From the NCBI GenBank assembly GCA_965209055.1, contig OZ242374.1, forward strand, positions 1,952,001-2,016,000: a stretch of DNA of 64,000 bases. Reading direction: 5' to 3'. Under the pieces are notes generated by a model. It saw only the letters and a list, made by a program, of their open reading frames with translations. It did no database searches and was not told the origin of the DNA. Positions 10,312 through 20,347 of the stretch are shown in pieces. Source of the stretch: Acidobacteriota bacterium (GTDB lineage Bacteria > Acidobacteriota > UBA6911 > RPQK01 > JAJDTT01). How positions within the stretch are numbered: position 1 is the stretch's first letter; each line of letters begins with the position of its first letter. Position numbers and translations under genes: made by a program.

Positions 10312-12903
10312 ATGACCGAATATCCCCTTCTGCCCTTGCCGGCATTCGAGCCGGGCGAGTTGCCGACCTCGCAGGGATTCCCGCCAGGTAGCCCATATCC
10401 AGTATTGTCCGCGGAGAGGCAGAAATCCCGTCTCGGTCCGAAATTCGATCGCCTGAGAAGTGTTTTGGAGTCGGATCGGGGTGGCTTATCACTGCGTGAC
10501 GATCCTTCGAGCATCGCGCCTGAGCGGGCACTCGTACTGGAGGTGACCGGATCGATTGGTGATTTCTACTCACTCGTGAGGAGAGTGGAGGGACTGGAGT
10601 TTCTTGGCGATGAAGAAATGGAGTTTGAGCCCGACGAGGATTTCTTCCTTTTAGACACTCGGGTAGGACGGAAGGGGGATCCTCGACCGGACAAACCGGT
10701 CGGCGGCCGTCTCTATCTGGCGATGCCCGATGTTCGTGCGCTGAGGGAATTGCTGGGGCTGTGGAATCGTTGGCAGCGCGGAGAGGATCTTCCAACTGGT
10801 CGGACGCCGTGGCGGGATCTATTTGCGAGTTTGCGTGATATTCGACCCTGGGGACCGGCCGATAGGCTTACGGATACAACTATTGAGCGCTGGCTCGAAG
10901 AGCTTGAAACCGACCCAACAGCCGTGTGTCGCATCGAAGCGGAATTGTGGTTTCGTGGGACCATGTCGCTCGGAGATTCACCTTACCGGCGATTGGAGGC
11001 AGCTGTTTCCAATGCCGCCGGCAAGATCGTCGATCATGCTGTAATCGAAGAAATTGGTTACGAAGCGGCTCTCATAGACTTGCCCGCTACTGAAATCAAG
11101 CGTTTGATTGCGCGCGAGGAAATCCATCTCGCGATCTGTGACGAGGTGATGTATCTGCGCCCACAGTCTTCGGTAGATATTCCGGAACCGAGCGATGAAA
11201 CCGGATTCGGATGGGATCTTCCCATCGAATTACCAGCCGGACTGCCCGCAGTTGTGGCGTTGCTCGATGGTTTTCCGGTGCAGAATCATCAACTGTTGCG
11301 GGGGCGCATTGATGTTGATGACGCAGACGATCTGGAGCCTATGAGCGTCGTTAGCGACCGTTATCACGGTACGGCAATGGCGTCGCTGATTTTGCACGGA
11401 GACAGAAACCGTCAGCAGCCATCGATTCAGCGTAGGCTTCACGTACGGCCGGTCCTTTACGCACCGGGAAACGGGGTTCGTGAGGAGCCAAAGCGGGATC
11501 GTCTTTTCGTCGATACGATCTACCGTGCAGTCAGACGCGTGAAGGAAGGAGATATGTCCGGTGGTCCGACGGCCCCGGAAGTGTTCCTGATCAATCTCTC
11601 CATATGTGATCTGAATCGGCCATTCGCTGGTCCCATGAGCCCCTTTGAGAAGCTTCTCGATTATCTTGCCGAACGCTATGGAATTCTTTTTCTGGTAAGC
11701 GCTGGCAACATAGTGCTTCCTCTGCCCATAGACGACTTCCCCGACTGGACAAGTCTCGAAAACGCATCGCCTGAAGAACGTGAGCGAGCAGTGCTCTCGG
11801 CTCTCGCCGAACACAAGTGGGAACGGACACTCCTATCACCGGCCGAAGCACTGAATGTGGTGACGGTAGGCGCCCTGCATCACGACTCGGTTGTGACGTC
11901 TCGAGGCGCGTTGGTAGTAGACCCTTATGCCAATGCGGACCTTCCTAACATCAGTTCCGCATTGGGCCTCGGCCACCGAAGGGTCATCAAACCCGATATC
12001 CATCTTCCGGGAGGCCGTGAACAAATCAGTTTTCAGGGCAGTGGCCAGACGCTCATAGTCGTTCCCGGCGGACGATCTGGCTTAAGTACCGCGTCTCCGG
12101 ATCCCGATGGAAGGCTTGATAGCCTCCACCTGACACCGGGAACCAGTGCTGCTACCGCCCTCGCCACAAGAGCGGCACATCGAATATTCGAAGCGCTGAT
12201 GGATCGATCCGGTGGGTCTATGCTCACGAAAATGGACCCACGATTCTATGCCGTCGTGATCAAGGCGCTGCTGGTGCATCGGTCGAGTTGGGGAAATCGC
12301 GCCCAGGTGCTAGACTAGCTTTATGGACCGCATGGACGGGGACAGCACGTAGCAAGAAGCGACAACATCGCGCGTCTTTTGGGGTATGGGTTCCCGGATG
12401 TGGAAGAAGCCATCGCCTGTGCTCCGAATCGGGCGACGCTGGTGGGCTATGGGACCATCAAAGCCCGGGAAACTAACATCCATCGAATTCCTCTTCCGCC
12501 GAGCCTGGAGATGGTCACCGAGCCCAGAGCGATCACGGTGACGGTGGCTTGGTTTTCGCCGATCAACCGTTTTCATCAGGCATATCGTCGTGCGAAGCTG
12601 GAAGTGACGGCCGTTAATAAATTTCCCGCCGCCGCGGGGGTGACGAGGGCGAGCCTCCAACCCTCGTATCATTCGGTTTTACGCGGCACGCTTTTCCATA
12701 CCCGGTATGAAGGCGGAGACGCGGTGCCATTCATCGATGGCGGATACGTGCTATTGCGCGTGATGTGCAAGGAGCAAGCTGGTTCCCTGGATCAGAGCAT
12801 TAACTACGGAGTTGCGGTGACCATCGAGGCAGGCGAAGGCATTCACGTCTACCAGGAGGTTCGGGACCGGCTCGCCGTGCTGGTAAGACCTCGGGTCCCT
12901 TAG
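10312..12903 (+). pseudogene. S8 (subtilisin-like) protease, IetS-like, interrupted by one in-frame TAG at 12316-12318
   Basis: Catalytic D (LLDGFP), H (HGTAMAS), S (GTSAAT); the same frame continues after the TAG (LYGPHG...LLGYGFP) to 12903. Confidence 0.85.
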
Positions 12904-13147
12904 GAGGCTGTCTCCATGCTCTCCATGGTATTCGACTCGGTCCGTATTCCGGCTGACTGTTTTGTTCATGGGTGTAACGATCCGGGTTGTTCTTCTGTCG
13001 GGTATTGTCACTCCAGACGCCGGCGGGTGGCCCAGGATTACAGACACCGACATCGCTCAATCCGAGTCGATTAGTATCGAGAACCGCGACGGGCGCGGAC
13101 GAAAACGGTTGAGATTCGGCGGGATTCCCGATTGCGAGAGGAGAAGC

Positions 13148-13558
13148 ATGGCTCAATACTGGTTGCTCAAATCCGAGCCCAAAGATTATTCATACGAGGA
13201 TCTGGAACGGGACCAGCATACGGTCTGGGACGGAGTGGCCAACCGGCTGGCACTGAAACACCTGAACCGGATGGGTCCGGGGGATCAGGCCTTCATCTAC
13301 CACACGGGCCGGGTCCGGGCCATCATCGGCATCGCCGACGTGGTCTCGTCCCCCTATCCCGATCCTGAGAAGGACGATCCCACGTTGACGGTGGTGGACG
13401 TGGAGGCGCGGAAGCGGCTGGCCCGGCCGGTCACACTGAAAGAGGTCAAGGCGGACCCTCGCTTCGCCGGTTTCATTCTGGTCCGGCTTCCCCGGCTCTC
13501 GGTCATGCCCGTGTCCGAGACCCAGTGGCGTCAGTTGCTGGAAATGTCCGGCACGTAG
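13148..13558 (+). CDS. EVE domain protein
   Basis: YWLLKSEP..YS, WDGV.N..A, GD..FIYH, RLSVMPV; ATG 13148 follows a GAGGAG RBS. Confidence 0.92.
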   Translation: MAQYWLLKSEPKDYSYEDLERDQHTVWDGVANRLALKHLNRMGPGDQAFIYHTGRVRAIIGIADVVSSPYPDPEKDDPTLTVVDVEARKRLARPVTLKEVKADPRFAGFILVRLPRLSVMPVSETQWRQLLEMSGT

Positions 13559-13589
13559 AATCGCGAGACCCCTCACCGGACGACTGGAC

Positions 13590-14798
13590 GTGCCGCCGCC
13601 GGACTGGCTCATTTTCCTGGCCCTGCTCTCCCTGCTGGAAGGTCTGTATTCGCTGAGGGGAGGCCTCCGGTTTCTGCGGATGTTCCGCGGGGCGTCGGAT
13701 GCGGTCCCGGGATCGTATGCCCCCCCGTTGACGTTGATGGTTCCGTGCCGGGGACTGGATCCGGGCCTGGACCGGAACCTTTCGGCGTTTCTGGATCTGG
13801 AGTACCCCGACTGGCAGTTGCTCCTGGTCACCGATGACCAGGCCGACGCTTCCGTACCGGTGATCCGGTCCCTGCTGGAACGCTCTGCCCACAACCGGGT
13901 CCGGCTTCTGTTCTCGGGGAAAGCCCGGGGGAGGAGCCAGAAGGTCCACAACCTGCTCCATGCGCTGGACCACCTTCGGCCTCGCGACCGGGTGCTGGCG
14001 TTCGGCGACTCGGACATCCGGCCCGACCCCCTCTGGCTCCGCCACCTGGTGGCGCCCCTGGAAGATCACGAGGTGGGAGCCAGCACCGGTTATCGCTGGT
14101 ATCTCCCCCAGAAGGGGGGCTTCGGATCGGTCCTCCGATCGGTCTGGAACGCGGGCATCGCTTCCCTGATGAGCGAGGGCAACAGCTACTTCGCCTGGGG
14201 AGGGGCCATGGCGATCCGCCGGGAGGTCTTCGACTCCTGCGCCGTCGCGGACCACTGGCAGCACACGCTCAGCGACGACCTCTCGCTGAGCCGGGCGGTG
14301 AAAGCCGGCGGGCGGTCCATCCGGTTCCAACCCAAGTGCCTGAGCTTTTCCTACGAGGACGCGAGCCTCAGGGATCTGCTGGGGTGGAGCCGCCGGCAAC
14401 TGGCCATCACCCGGGTCTACCATCCGAACCTCTGGAGAGCCGCATTCGCCACGCAATTGGTCTATCTGGTGGCCGTGTGGGGGGGAGGCGCCTGGGCCCG
14501 GACCAGCCTCAACCTCTACGGTCCGGATCCCCGGTCGGTGGCGCTTGCGGCCCTGGTGATCGCCATCCTGGCGGCCGGAGCCGTCAAGGCCTGGCTCCGG
14601 CTTCGGGCCGTGGCCGTGCTCTTTCCCGAGGCGCCGCTCCCGAGAGGGTGGCTGGTCATCCCCCACACCTGCTGGGGGGCGCTGGCCAACCTGGTCACGG
14701 TGGCCGCAATGGTGGGGTCGCTGTCGACCCGAAACCTGCGCTGGCGGGGGATCACCTATCGCATGGTCTCTCCCACCGAGACCCGGGTGTTGGATTGA
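13590..14798 (+). CDS. Family 2/21 glycosyltransferase (ceramide glucosyltransferase/HpnI-like), membrane-bound
   Basis: VPCRGLD, KVHNL, FGDSD, WGGAM, DDL, W.RRQ, C-terminal WRGITY. Confidence 0.8.
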   Translation: MPPPDWLIFLALLSLLEGLYSLRGGLRFLRMFRGASDAVPGSYAPPLTLMVPCRGLDPGLDRNLSAFLDLEYPDWQLLLVTDDQADASVPVIRSLLERSAHNRVRLLFSGKARGRSQKVHNLLHALDHLRPRDRVLAFGDSDIRPDPLWLRHLVAPLEDHEVGASTGYRWYLPQKGGFGSVLRSVWNAGIASLMSEGNSYFAWGGAMAIRREVFDSCAVADHWQHTLSDDLSLSRAVKAGGRSIRFQPKCLSFSYEDASLRDLLGWSRRQLAITRVYHPNLWRAAFATQLVYLVAVWGGGAWARTSLNLYGPDPRSVALAALVIAILAAGAVKAWLRLRAVAVLFPEAPLPRGWLVIPHTCWGALANLVTVAAMVGSLSTRNLRWRGITYRMVSPTETRVLD

Positions 14799-14832
14799 TC
14801 GGGACCCCGGCTTCCTGTAAAACGGGAACACC

Positions 14833-15885
14833 GTGGATCTGAACACCCTGATCCTGTTCGTCACCAGCCGCTGCAACGCTCGCTGCGAGACCTGCTTCTA
14901 CTGGGAGGACCTCAATCGTCCCGGGGACCTGACCTTCGAAGAGATCGAAGCGCTCTCGGCCGGCATGCCCCGATTCCATGAACTCTGGCTCTCGGGCGGC
15001 GAGCCGATGATGCGCCCCCGTTTGGCGGAAATCCTGGGGATGTTCTACCACCGCAACGGCGTGCGCACACTGAACCTTCCCACCAACGGACTCTTCGCCG
15101 AGAGGACCTTGGAACTCATGGAGTACACCTCCCGGGAACTGCCCGGGATGGAGGTGAATCTGAACCTGGCGCTGGACGGGTTCGCCTCGACGCACGACCG
15201 GATCCGGGGCGTGCCGGGCAACTTCGATCGAGCGTTGGAGACCATCCGGCTGCTCACGGACCGGGAGTCCCGCCTCCCCGGGGTGAGGGTCCACGTGAAC
15301 TCGGTGGTCACCGCCGACAATATCCATGAACTGGAGGACCTGGGGTGGTGGCTGGCCCGGAACACGGACCTGAACGGACACTACTTCCAGGTGATCCGGG
15401 GAGAGGCCAAGGACCCGGAACTGAAGCGGATCACCCGGGCGGACCTGGGGGATTTCTACCGGACGGTCAAGCCGATCCACGAGCACTACGGCCGCAAGCT
15501 GGCCCGCCGCAAGGGGGGGAGCCTCCGGGGTTGGATCAAGAAGCTCTACTACACGCAGACCATCTACTTTCACTACACGCTCCAGGAGCGGAACTTCGAG
15601 GCTTCCGACTCTTGGCCCATGGCCTGCACGGCAGGCAAGACCATCCTGGTGGTGGACTACAACGGCGACCTGCGCGCCTGCGAGCTGCGGGAAAAAATCC
15701 TGAATCTCAGGGACGTGAATTTCGATTTCCGCAAGGCGTACTCCTCACGGCCGGTGCGGGAAGAGACGGAGCAGATCGTCAAGGACGCCTGCTGGTGCAC
15801 CCACGTCTGCTTCATCCACGACAGTCTCAAGGCCAGCCCCCGCGCCAAGTTCTTCGACATCCCCCTCGGCGCCAAGGTCGTCTGA
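14833..15885 (+). CDS. Radical SAM protein with SPASM/twitch-like C-terminus
   Basis: CNARCETC, SGGEP, HDRIRG, C.AG...G....CE, C-terminal CWC..C. Confidence 0.9.
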   Translation: MDLNTLILFVTSRCNARCETCFYWEDLNRPGDLTFEEIEALSAGMPRFHELWLSGGEPMMRPRLAEILGMFYHRNGVRTLNLPTNGLFAERTLELMEYTSRELPGMEVNLNLALDGFASTHDRIRGVPGNFDRALETIRLLTDRESRLPGVRVHVNSVVTADNIHELEDLGWWLARNTDLNGHYFQVIRGEAKDPELKRITRADLGDFYRTVKPIHEHYGRKLARRKGGSLRGWIKKLYYTQTIYFHYTLQERNFEASDSWPMACTAGKTILVVDYNGDLRACELREKILNLRDVNFDFRKAYSSRPVREETEQIVKDACWCTHVCFIHDSLKASPRAKFFDIPLGAKVV

Positions 15886-15896
15886 TCGAGCGCCCG

Positions 15897-15919
15897 GGAG
15901 AGGCGGTTTTCCTGCCGCC
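15897..15919 (+). repeat. GGAG-tagged REP-like hairpin
   Basis: GGAGA-GGCGGT-TTTCCT-GCCGCC. Confidence 0.65.
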
Positions 15920-15962
15920 CCGTGAACAGGGAACTTCCAGTCCCGGCTGTCCCACAGTCGGG

Positions 15963-18152
15963 CTAAGCCCCATCCCATCCCAGGGCACGCCTCAGGAACC
16001 CCACCGCCCGCGCAATGGCGCCCCTCAGACCGAACAGGTCGTGTCCTCCGCCCTCGTAGATGAAGGCCTCGAACGCGGGAGGCTCGCGTCCCAGGGCCTC
16101 CATGGCACGGATCATCGAGTACGCTTGGCTGACGGCGACGGTCTGGTCGGAATCGCCATGGTGCAGCTGGACGGACGGCAGGTCTTCAGCGAACAGGACG
16201 GAGGAGCGGCGCACCAACTCCAGGCGCAGTTCAGCCATTTCGATCTCGCCTCTCAGGTAGGGCTGAACGAAGGTGGAGTCCATGTAGGCCACGCCCGTGA
16301 GCTGGCGCGGACGTCCCAGGGCCGCCTCGCGCACGATTTGCCTCACCCAATCGTCGTAGAAGTCGGTGGGGCCGAAGAAGGCGACGATGTTCTCGATGCG
16401 CTCGTCGCGGATGCCGGCCAGCATGGCGACGCCCGCTCCACGGCTTCCGCCGATGATGCTCACACCTTCGGACTTCGCCTGCGGAGTCAGCTCCAGAGCC
16501 ACGTTCAGTAGCGCCAGGGCGTCGTCCACATCGTAGTCCCAGTGACCGCCGGGGCCGGTCGAAACCCACATCCTGTCGCCATACTCAAGCCGTTCGGTCC
16601 GAAAAGAGGGGATGACGTAGACGAAGCGGTCTCGCAGGTCGCCCAGGAAGTGCCCGATGATATCGACGTCGCCCACGTCGACACCGCTTTCGCCGCCGTG
16701 CAGGTACATCAGGACGGGCAGGGTGCCGGCTGCCGCGGAGTCGGGCACAAGGATCGCCCCGTAGTGGCGCGCCTCCCCGACCTGATGCGACACAATGCGC
16801 AGCATCGCCGGCGTGCCGTTCAGGGAATACGCCTCCGTGAGTTCAACGAACGCGTCAACCGACGAGGTGTCGCGCACGGCCCAGTCTGCTCGAACCGCCT
16901 CGATTTCCGCGGCGTTCGGCGCGGCAAAAATGGCGTCGAGTTCCTCCTCCAGGTCGATGGCGTAGACGTTGACAGCCGCGCCGGCCAGACCGGCGGCGAT
17001 GACGAGCGTCTGGATGCCGGCCTCGGAGCCCATGGTCCACTCCACCTCGACCTCGCCGTTCCCGTCGGTGGCTGCGGTGGAGGGATCCACCCGGCCGCTT
17101 CCCGGCGCTGGCGCAAAGTTCACGGGCACCCCGGCAACGGACCGGCCCGACGGATCGAGAACGCGAACGACCAGGGGCTTGTCCAGGGTGCGCCCGGTGA
17201 ACGCGCGCTTCCCCCCACCTGCCACGATGCGGATCGCAGCCGCCTCGACCCCGTCGCCGATCCTGTCGCATCCCGTCAGGACAGGCTGTCCGTCCGCTCC
17301 TGTCACCGCGATGGGGCAGGTTGCCGCACTCGTGGACGACCACGTCACCGTCGGTGGGGGGAGACGGCCGCCGTCGCGGCCGGGTCCGTCCGGGACGCGA
17401 ATCACCGGCAGCGCCGAGAGTGAAGAGATCTGCTTCCCAAACCGCAGCCCAAGCGGAGCGAAGGGGTTGTCGTCCTCGCTTCGCAGGAACAGGAAACCGC
17501 GAAAGTTCCCCAGGAACTCCGTATCGACTCCTTCCACCGTGAACCATTCCGGGAGCGTCCGCGCCGCCTGGTGGGAATCCCTCCAGGAGACGAACCCGCC
17601 GTTCAAGGGGTCGGTCCCCTCCGCGTCGCGGATTCGGAGTTCGATCCCGGAGGAAGATTCCGGCTTGAAAACGGCGACGCCGGCACCGGAACTCGGCGAT
17701 TCTTCGACGAATAGCGCGAATCGGGATCCCAACTCGACCGGTTTGACGCCGGCTTCGATTCCCGGCGGGGCGTGCCGGTAGATCAACAATCCACCGACTG
17801 TGTCCGCATCGGCCTCGACCTGGATCCAGCCCCGCCGAATGGCTCCTGATCCGGGACTCCCCAGCACTCGGCTGCCCAGGGACGGAATCTCGAAACGGGT
17901 CCCGGAGTCGAAGAATCCCGAAACCTCCCGGCCTTGGGGGTCGTAGGCGGTCACCGCCACCACTGCGTTCCGGCTTGCATCCGGATTGCTGAGCGCCAAC
18001 TGTACGGACCATCCATCCCCGACCACGTAGTCGGGAAAATAGAGCGTTGTCCCGGACGGCGTCACGTTTTCCGGCGCCCGCATGGATCCTGCCGCTGCAG
18101 GCAGGGTGGCCAACAGCAACCCCATCCCGAAACAGGTGCAGAGTTTCTTCAT
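15963..18152 (-). CDS. Secreted modular protein: unnamed N-terminal module + Ig-like (Big_1-like) domain + S9/alpha-beta hydrolase
   Basis: Signal peptide MKKLCTCFGMGLLLA; V.D..G..V.GV.V.F and TD.NG Ig-like motifs; YLHGG, GGSRG nucleophile elbow, HHGDSD, GGGH. Confidence 0.75.
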   Translation of the reverse strand: MKKLCTCFGMGLLLATLPAAAGSMRAPENVTPSGTTLYFPDYVVGDGWSVQLALSNPDASRNAVVAVTAYDPQGREVSGFFDSGTRFEIPSLGSRVLGSPGSGAIRRGWIQVEADADTVGGLLIYRHAPPGIEAGVKPVELGSRFALFVEESPSSGAGVAVFKPESSSGIELRIRDAEGTDPLNGGFVSWRDSHQAARTLPEWFTVEGVDTEFLGNFRGFLFLRSEDDNPFAPLGLRFGKQISSLSALPVIRVPDGPGRDGGRLPPPTVTWSSTSAATCPIAVTGADGQPVLTGCDRIGDGVEAAAIRIVAGGGKRAFTGRTLDKPLVVRVLDPSGRSVAGVPVNFAPAPGSGRVDPSTAATDGNGEVEVEWTMGSEAGIQTLVIAAGLAGAAVNVYAIDLEEELDAIFAAPNAAEIEAVRADWAVRDTSSVDAFVELTEAYSLNGTPAMLRIVSHQVGEARHYGAILVPDSAAAGTLPVLMYLHGGESGVDVGDVDIIGHFLGDLRDRFVYVIPSFRTERLEYGDRMWVSTGPGGHWDYDVDDALALLNVALELTPQAKSEGVSIIGGSRGAGVAMLAGIRDERIENIVAFFGPTDFYDDWVRQIVREAALGRPRQLTGVAYMDSTFVQPYLRGEIEMAELRLELVRRSSVLFAEDLPSVQLHHGDSDQTVAVSQAYSMIRAMEALGREPPAFEAFIYEGGGHDLFGLRGAIARAVGFLRRALGWDGA

Positions 18153-18223
18153 GGAAAACGCTACTGCTTTGAAAAAGGAGGTGACTCTCAATTGCCGAGT
18201 CCTCGTCGTCAAGTTGGCGCATT

Positions 18224-18253
18224 GGAGTTCGGCGGTAAGAAAGCCGGCGCTCC
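18224..18253 (-). repeat. GGAG-tagged REP-like hairpin (degenerate)
   Basis: Reverse complement GGAGCGCCGGCTTTCTTACCGCCGAACTCC. Confidence 0.65.
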
Positions 18254-18265
18254 TTGGGCGGCACA

Positions 18266-19456
18266 TCACACCTTGTCGGGTCGGACGATCGCATCTTGCA
18301 ACGGTGTGGTGACCTCCGGTCCTTCTTCCCCCATGTAGACGTTGATCTCGCTCCGGATGCCGAAGTCGTCCAGGTAGACGCCCGGCTCGATGGTGCAGAG
18401 GACCCCCGGGATCAGCCGGCGTGTGTCGTGGGTCTCCAGGTTGTCGAAGTTGACCCCGTTGCCATGGATCTCCTCTCCCAGGCTGTGACCGGTGCGGTGG
18501 ACGAACGCCTCGCCGTACCCCAGGCCGGCGATGGTCCGTCTCACCGCGTCGTCGACCTCCCACCCTTGCGGCAGCTCGCCTGCGGCCCGGCGCCGTTGAA
18601 GGAACTCGACTCCCGCGTCCCGCCCCCGGCGGACCACCTCGAACACCCGTCTCATCCGCTCGTCCGGCGTCCCGCCGAAAAAGGCGGTCCAGGTGATGTC
18701 GGCGAAGACGGACCCGGGAGTGTCCGTCTTCGCCCAGAGATCGATGAGGAGCAGGTCTCCGGCGTTGATCCGCGTGACCTTTCCCGACGCGGTCTCGTAG
18801 TGGGGATCGCCGCTGTGTTGGTTGACCGCCACGATGGGGCCCGAATCGGTCACCAGATTCCGGTCCCGGAACCGTTTCAGGATGTAGTCGCGGACTTCCG
18901 CTTCACTGGAGCTGCCGCGCCGCCGGATTGCGGACGAAGCGAAGCGGAAGGCGTCGAGCACGATGGCGGAGACGGCCCGGGACGCCCGGTGGTGTTCCCG
19001 CAGTTGGCCGGGAGCCAGGACGGCCTCGAAGGACTGGACCAGGTCCGCCGATGAGGTCACCGTCTTGCCCAGGCCCCGAACCAGCTCGATGGTGCCGGCG
19101 TCCACCTTGGAGACGTAGGGGATGGCCCCCTCGGGAGAGTACTGCATGGCCACGCTGGAGAACTCTTTCAGCATCTCCCCGAGCCCCGATTCCAGGTCCT
19201 GCCAGCGCAGGTAGACGAGTTTCTTCCCGGGAAGGTGATCCAGCATGGAGGACTCGATCCGGTGCACCAGCTTGGTGGGGGTCCCTTGGGCAGGGACCAG
19301 ATAGAACCAGCGCCTGGTGGAATGCCGCGACTCGTGGATGCCCAGGATCCGGTTGGCCAAAGGGTCCGTGAAACGGAAGTCGTAAAAGAGCCAGGCGGGG
19401 ACGCCGAGCCGTTTGAGGGACTCCTGAATTCGCCCGGCCAGAGAAGCGTCATTCAT
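18266..19456 (-). CDS. M24 family (Xaa-Pro) aminopeptidase
   Basis: PHY, LLIDLW, ADITW, HRTGHSLG..IH, TIEPGVY, GIRSE; real start ATG 19456 (MNDASL). Confidence 0.9.
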   Translation of the reverse strand: MNDASLAGRIQESLKRLGVPAWLFYDFRFTDPLANRILGIHESRHSTRRWFYLVPAQGTPTKLVHRIESSMLDHLPGKKLVYLRWQDLESGLGEMLKEFSSVAMQYSPEGAIPYVSKVDAGTIELVRGLGKTVTSSADLVQSFEAVLAPGQLREHHRASRAVSAIVLDAFRFASSAIRRRGSSSEAEVRDYILKRFRDRNLVTDSGPIVAVNQHSGDPHYETASGKVTRINAGDLLLIDLWAKTDTPGSVFADITWTAFFGGTPDERMRRVFEVVRRGRDAGVEFLQRRRAAGELPQGWEVDDAVRRTIAGLGYGEAFVHRTGHSLGEEIHGNGVNFDNLETHDTRRLIPGVLCTIEPGVYLDDFGIRSEINVYMGEEGPEVTTPLQDAIVRPDKV

Positions 19457-19461
19457 GGTTC

Positions 19462-20184
19462 TCACCCCACCTGCCGATAACTCTCGACGACGGTCCGCCG
19501 GACCTGCCGGGACAGGGCGTCGAGCTTCAGGTTGCGGTAACTGTTCCTTGGGATCGGCTGGTGGATGATGATCTCCATCTCCCCCGGCCGGATCAACACC
19601 GACCCCCGGGGCAGGCGGCGGTGAGATCCCACGATGGTCACCGGGACGATTGCAGCGCCGGTCTGGCGCGCCAGCAGGAAGCTGCCCCTCTTGAAGGGGG
19701 CGACCGTCTCGCCCCAGGTCCGCATCCCCTCGGGAAAGATGACCATGGAGGCGCCGGAACGAATCTGGTCGCCCGCGGCGCGGAAGGCCCGAAGCGTCTT
19801 CCGGGGACTCCGGCGGTCCACGCGGATGTAGCCCGCTCGCTTCAGATGCCAACCCACGAACGGCCACTGGAACAGAGAGGCCTTGGCCACGAACCTGAAG
19901 TCGAAGGGCAGCCGGCCCAGAATGGCGAAAATGTCGAACATGCTCAGGTGGTTGGAGGCGAAGAGGTACGCGCCCTCCGGATCCAACTTCTCCAGCCCCC
20001 GAACCTGGACCTGAACCCGGGAGATTCGCAGGACCATCCGGCTCCAGAGTCGCGCACACGAACTCTGCCGTTTCCCCCCCTCGGCGCCCAATGACAGGAT
20101 CAGGCCCAGCGTCGCCATGACGGCGGTGAGAGACAGGATGAGAGGGACCCGCCAGATCGCATTGACGCAAGCCAGCGCGGACAT
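19462..20184 (-). CDS. plsC: 1-acyl-sn-glycerol-3-phosphate acyltransferase
   Basis: SNHLSMFD, IFPEGMR, FKRG motifs. Confidence 0.85.
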   Translation of the reverse strand: MSALACVNAIWRVPLILSLTAVMATLGLILSLGAEGGKRQSSCARLWSRMVLRISRVQVQVRGLEKLDPEGAYLFASNHLSMFDIFAILGRLPFDFRFVAKASLFQWPFVGWHLKRAGYIRVDRRSPRKTLRAFRAAGDQIRSGASMVIFPEGMRTWGETVAPFKRGSFLLARQTGAAIVPVTIVGSHRRLPRGSVLIRPGEMEIIIHQPIPRNSYRNLKLDALSRQVRRTVVESYRQVG

Positions 20185-20300
20185 GGACGCCATCGTAGTG
20201 GACGACCCCTCCCCCCGGCAAGAAGTCGTGTTGCAATGTCCTCGGAACGCATCCGGCCGCCATTGTTTGCCGCCACCGGTTCAGGGGCGGCGGTGCGACC

Positions 20301-20329
20301 GGAGTTCGGCGGTTGGAATCCGCCGCTCC
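20301..20329 (-). repeat. GGAG-tagged REP-like hairpin
   Basis: Reverse complement GGAGCGGCGGATTCCAACCGCCGAACTCC. Confidence 0.8.
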
Positions 20330-20347
20330 TGGTAAGATCAGTGGGCT

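Noticed and set aside
12316-12318. Pyrrolysine or genome-wide amber recoding
   Set aside because: TAG is used as a normal stop in many genes here (e.g. 8816, 13558, 24294, 31903), and no pyl genes or suppressor tRNA are in the window
12962-13147. N-terminal extension of the EVE protein
   Set aside because: Homology and the RBS both point to ATG 13148
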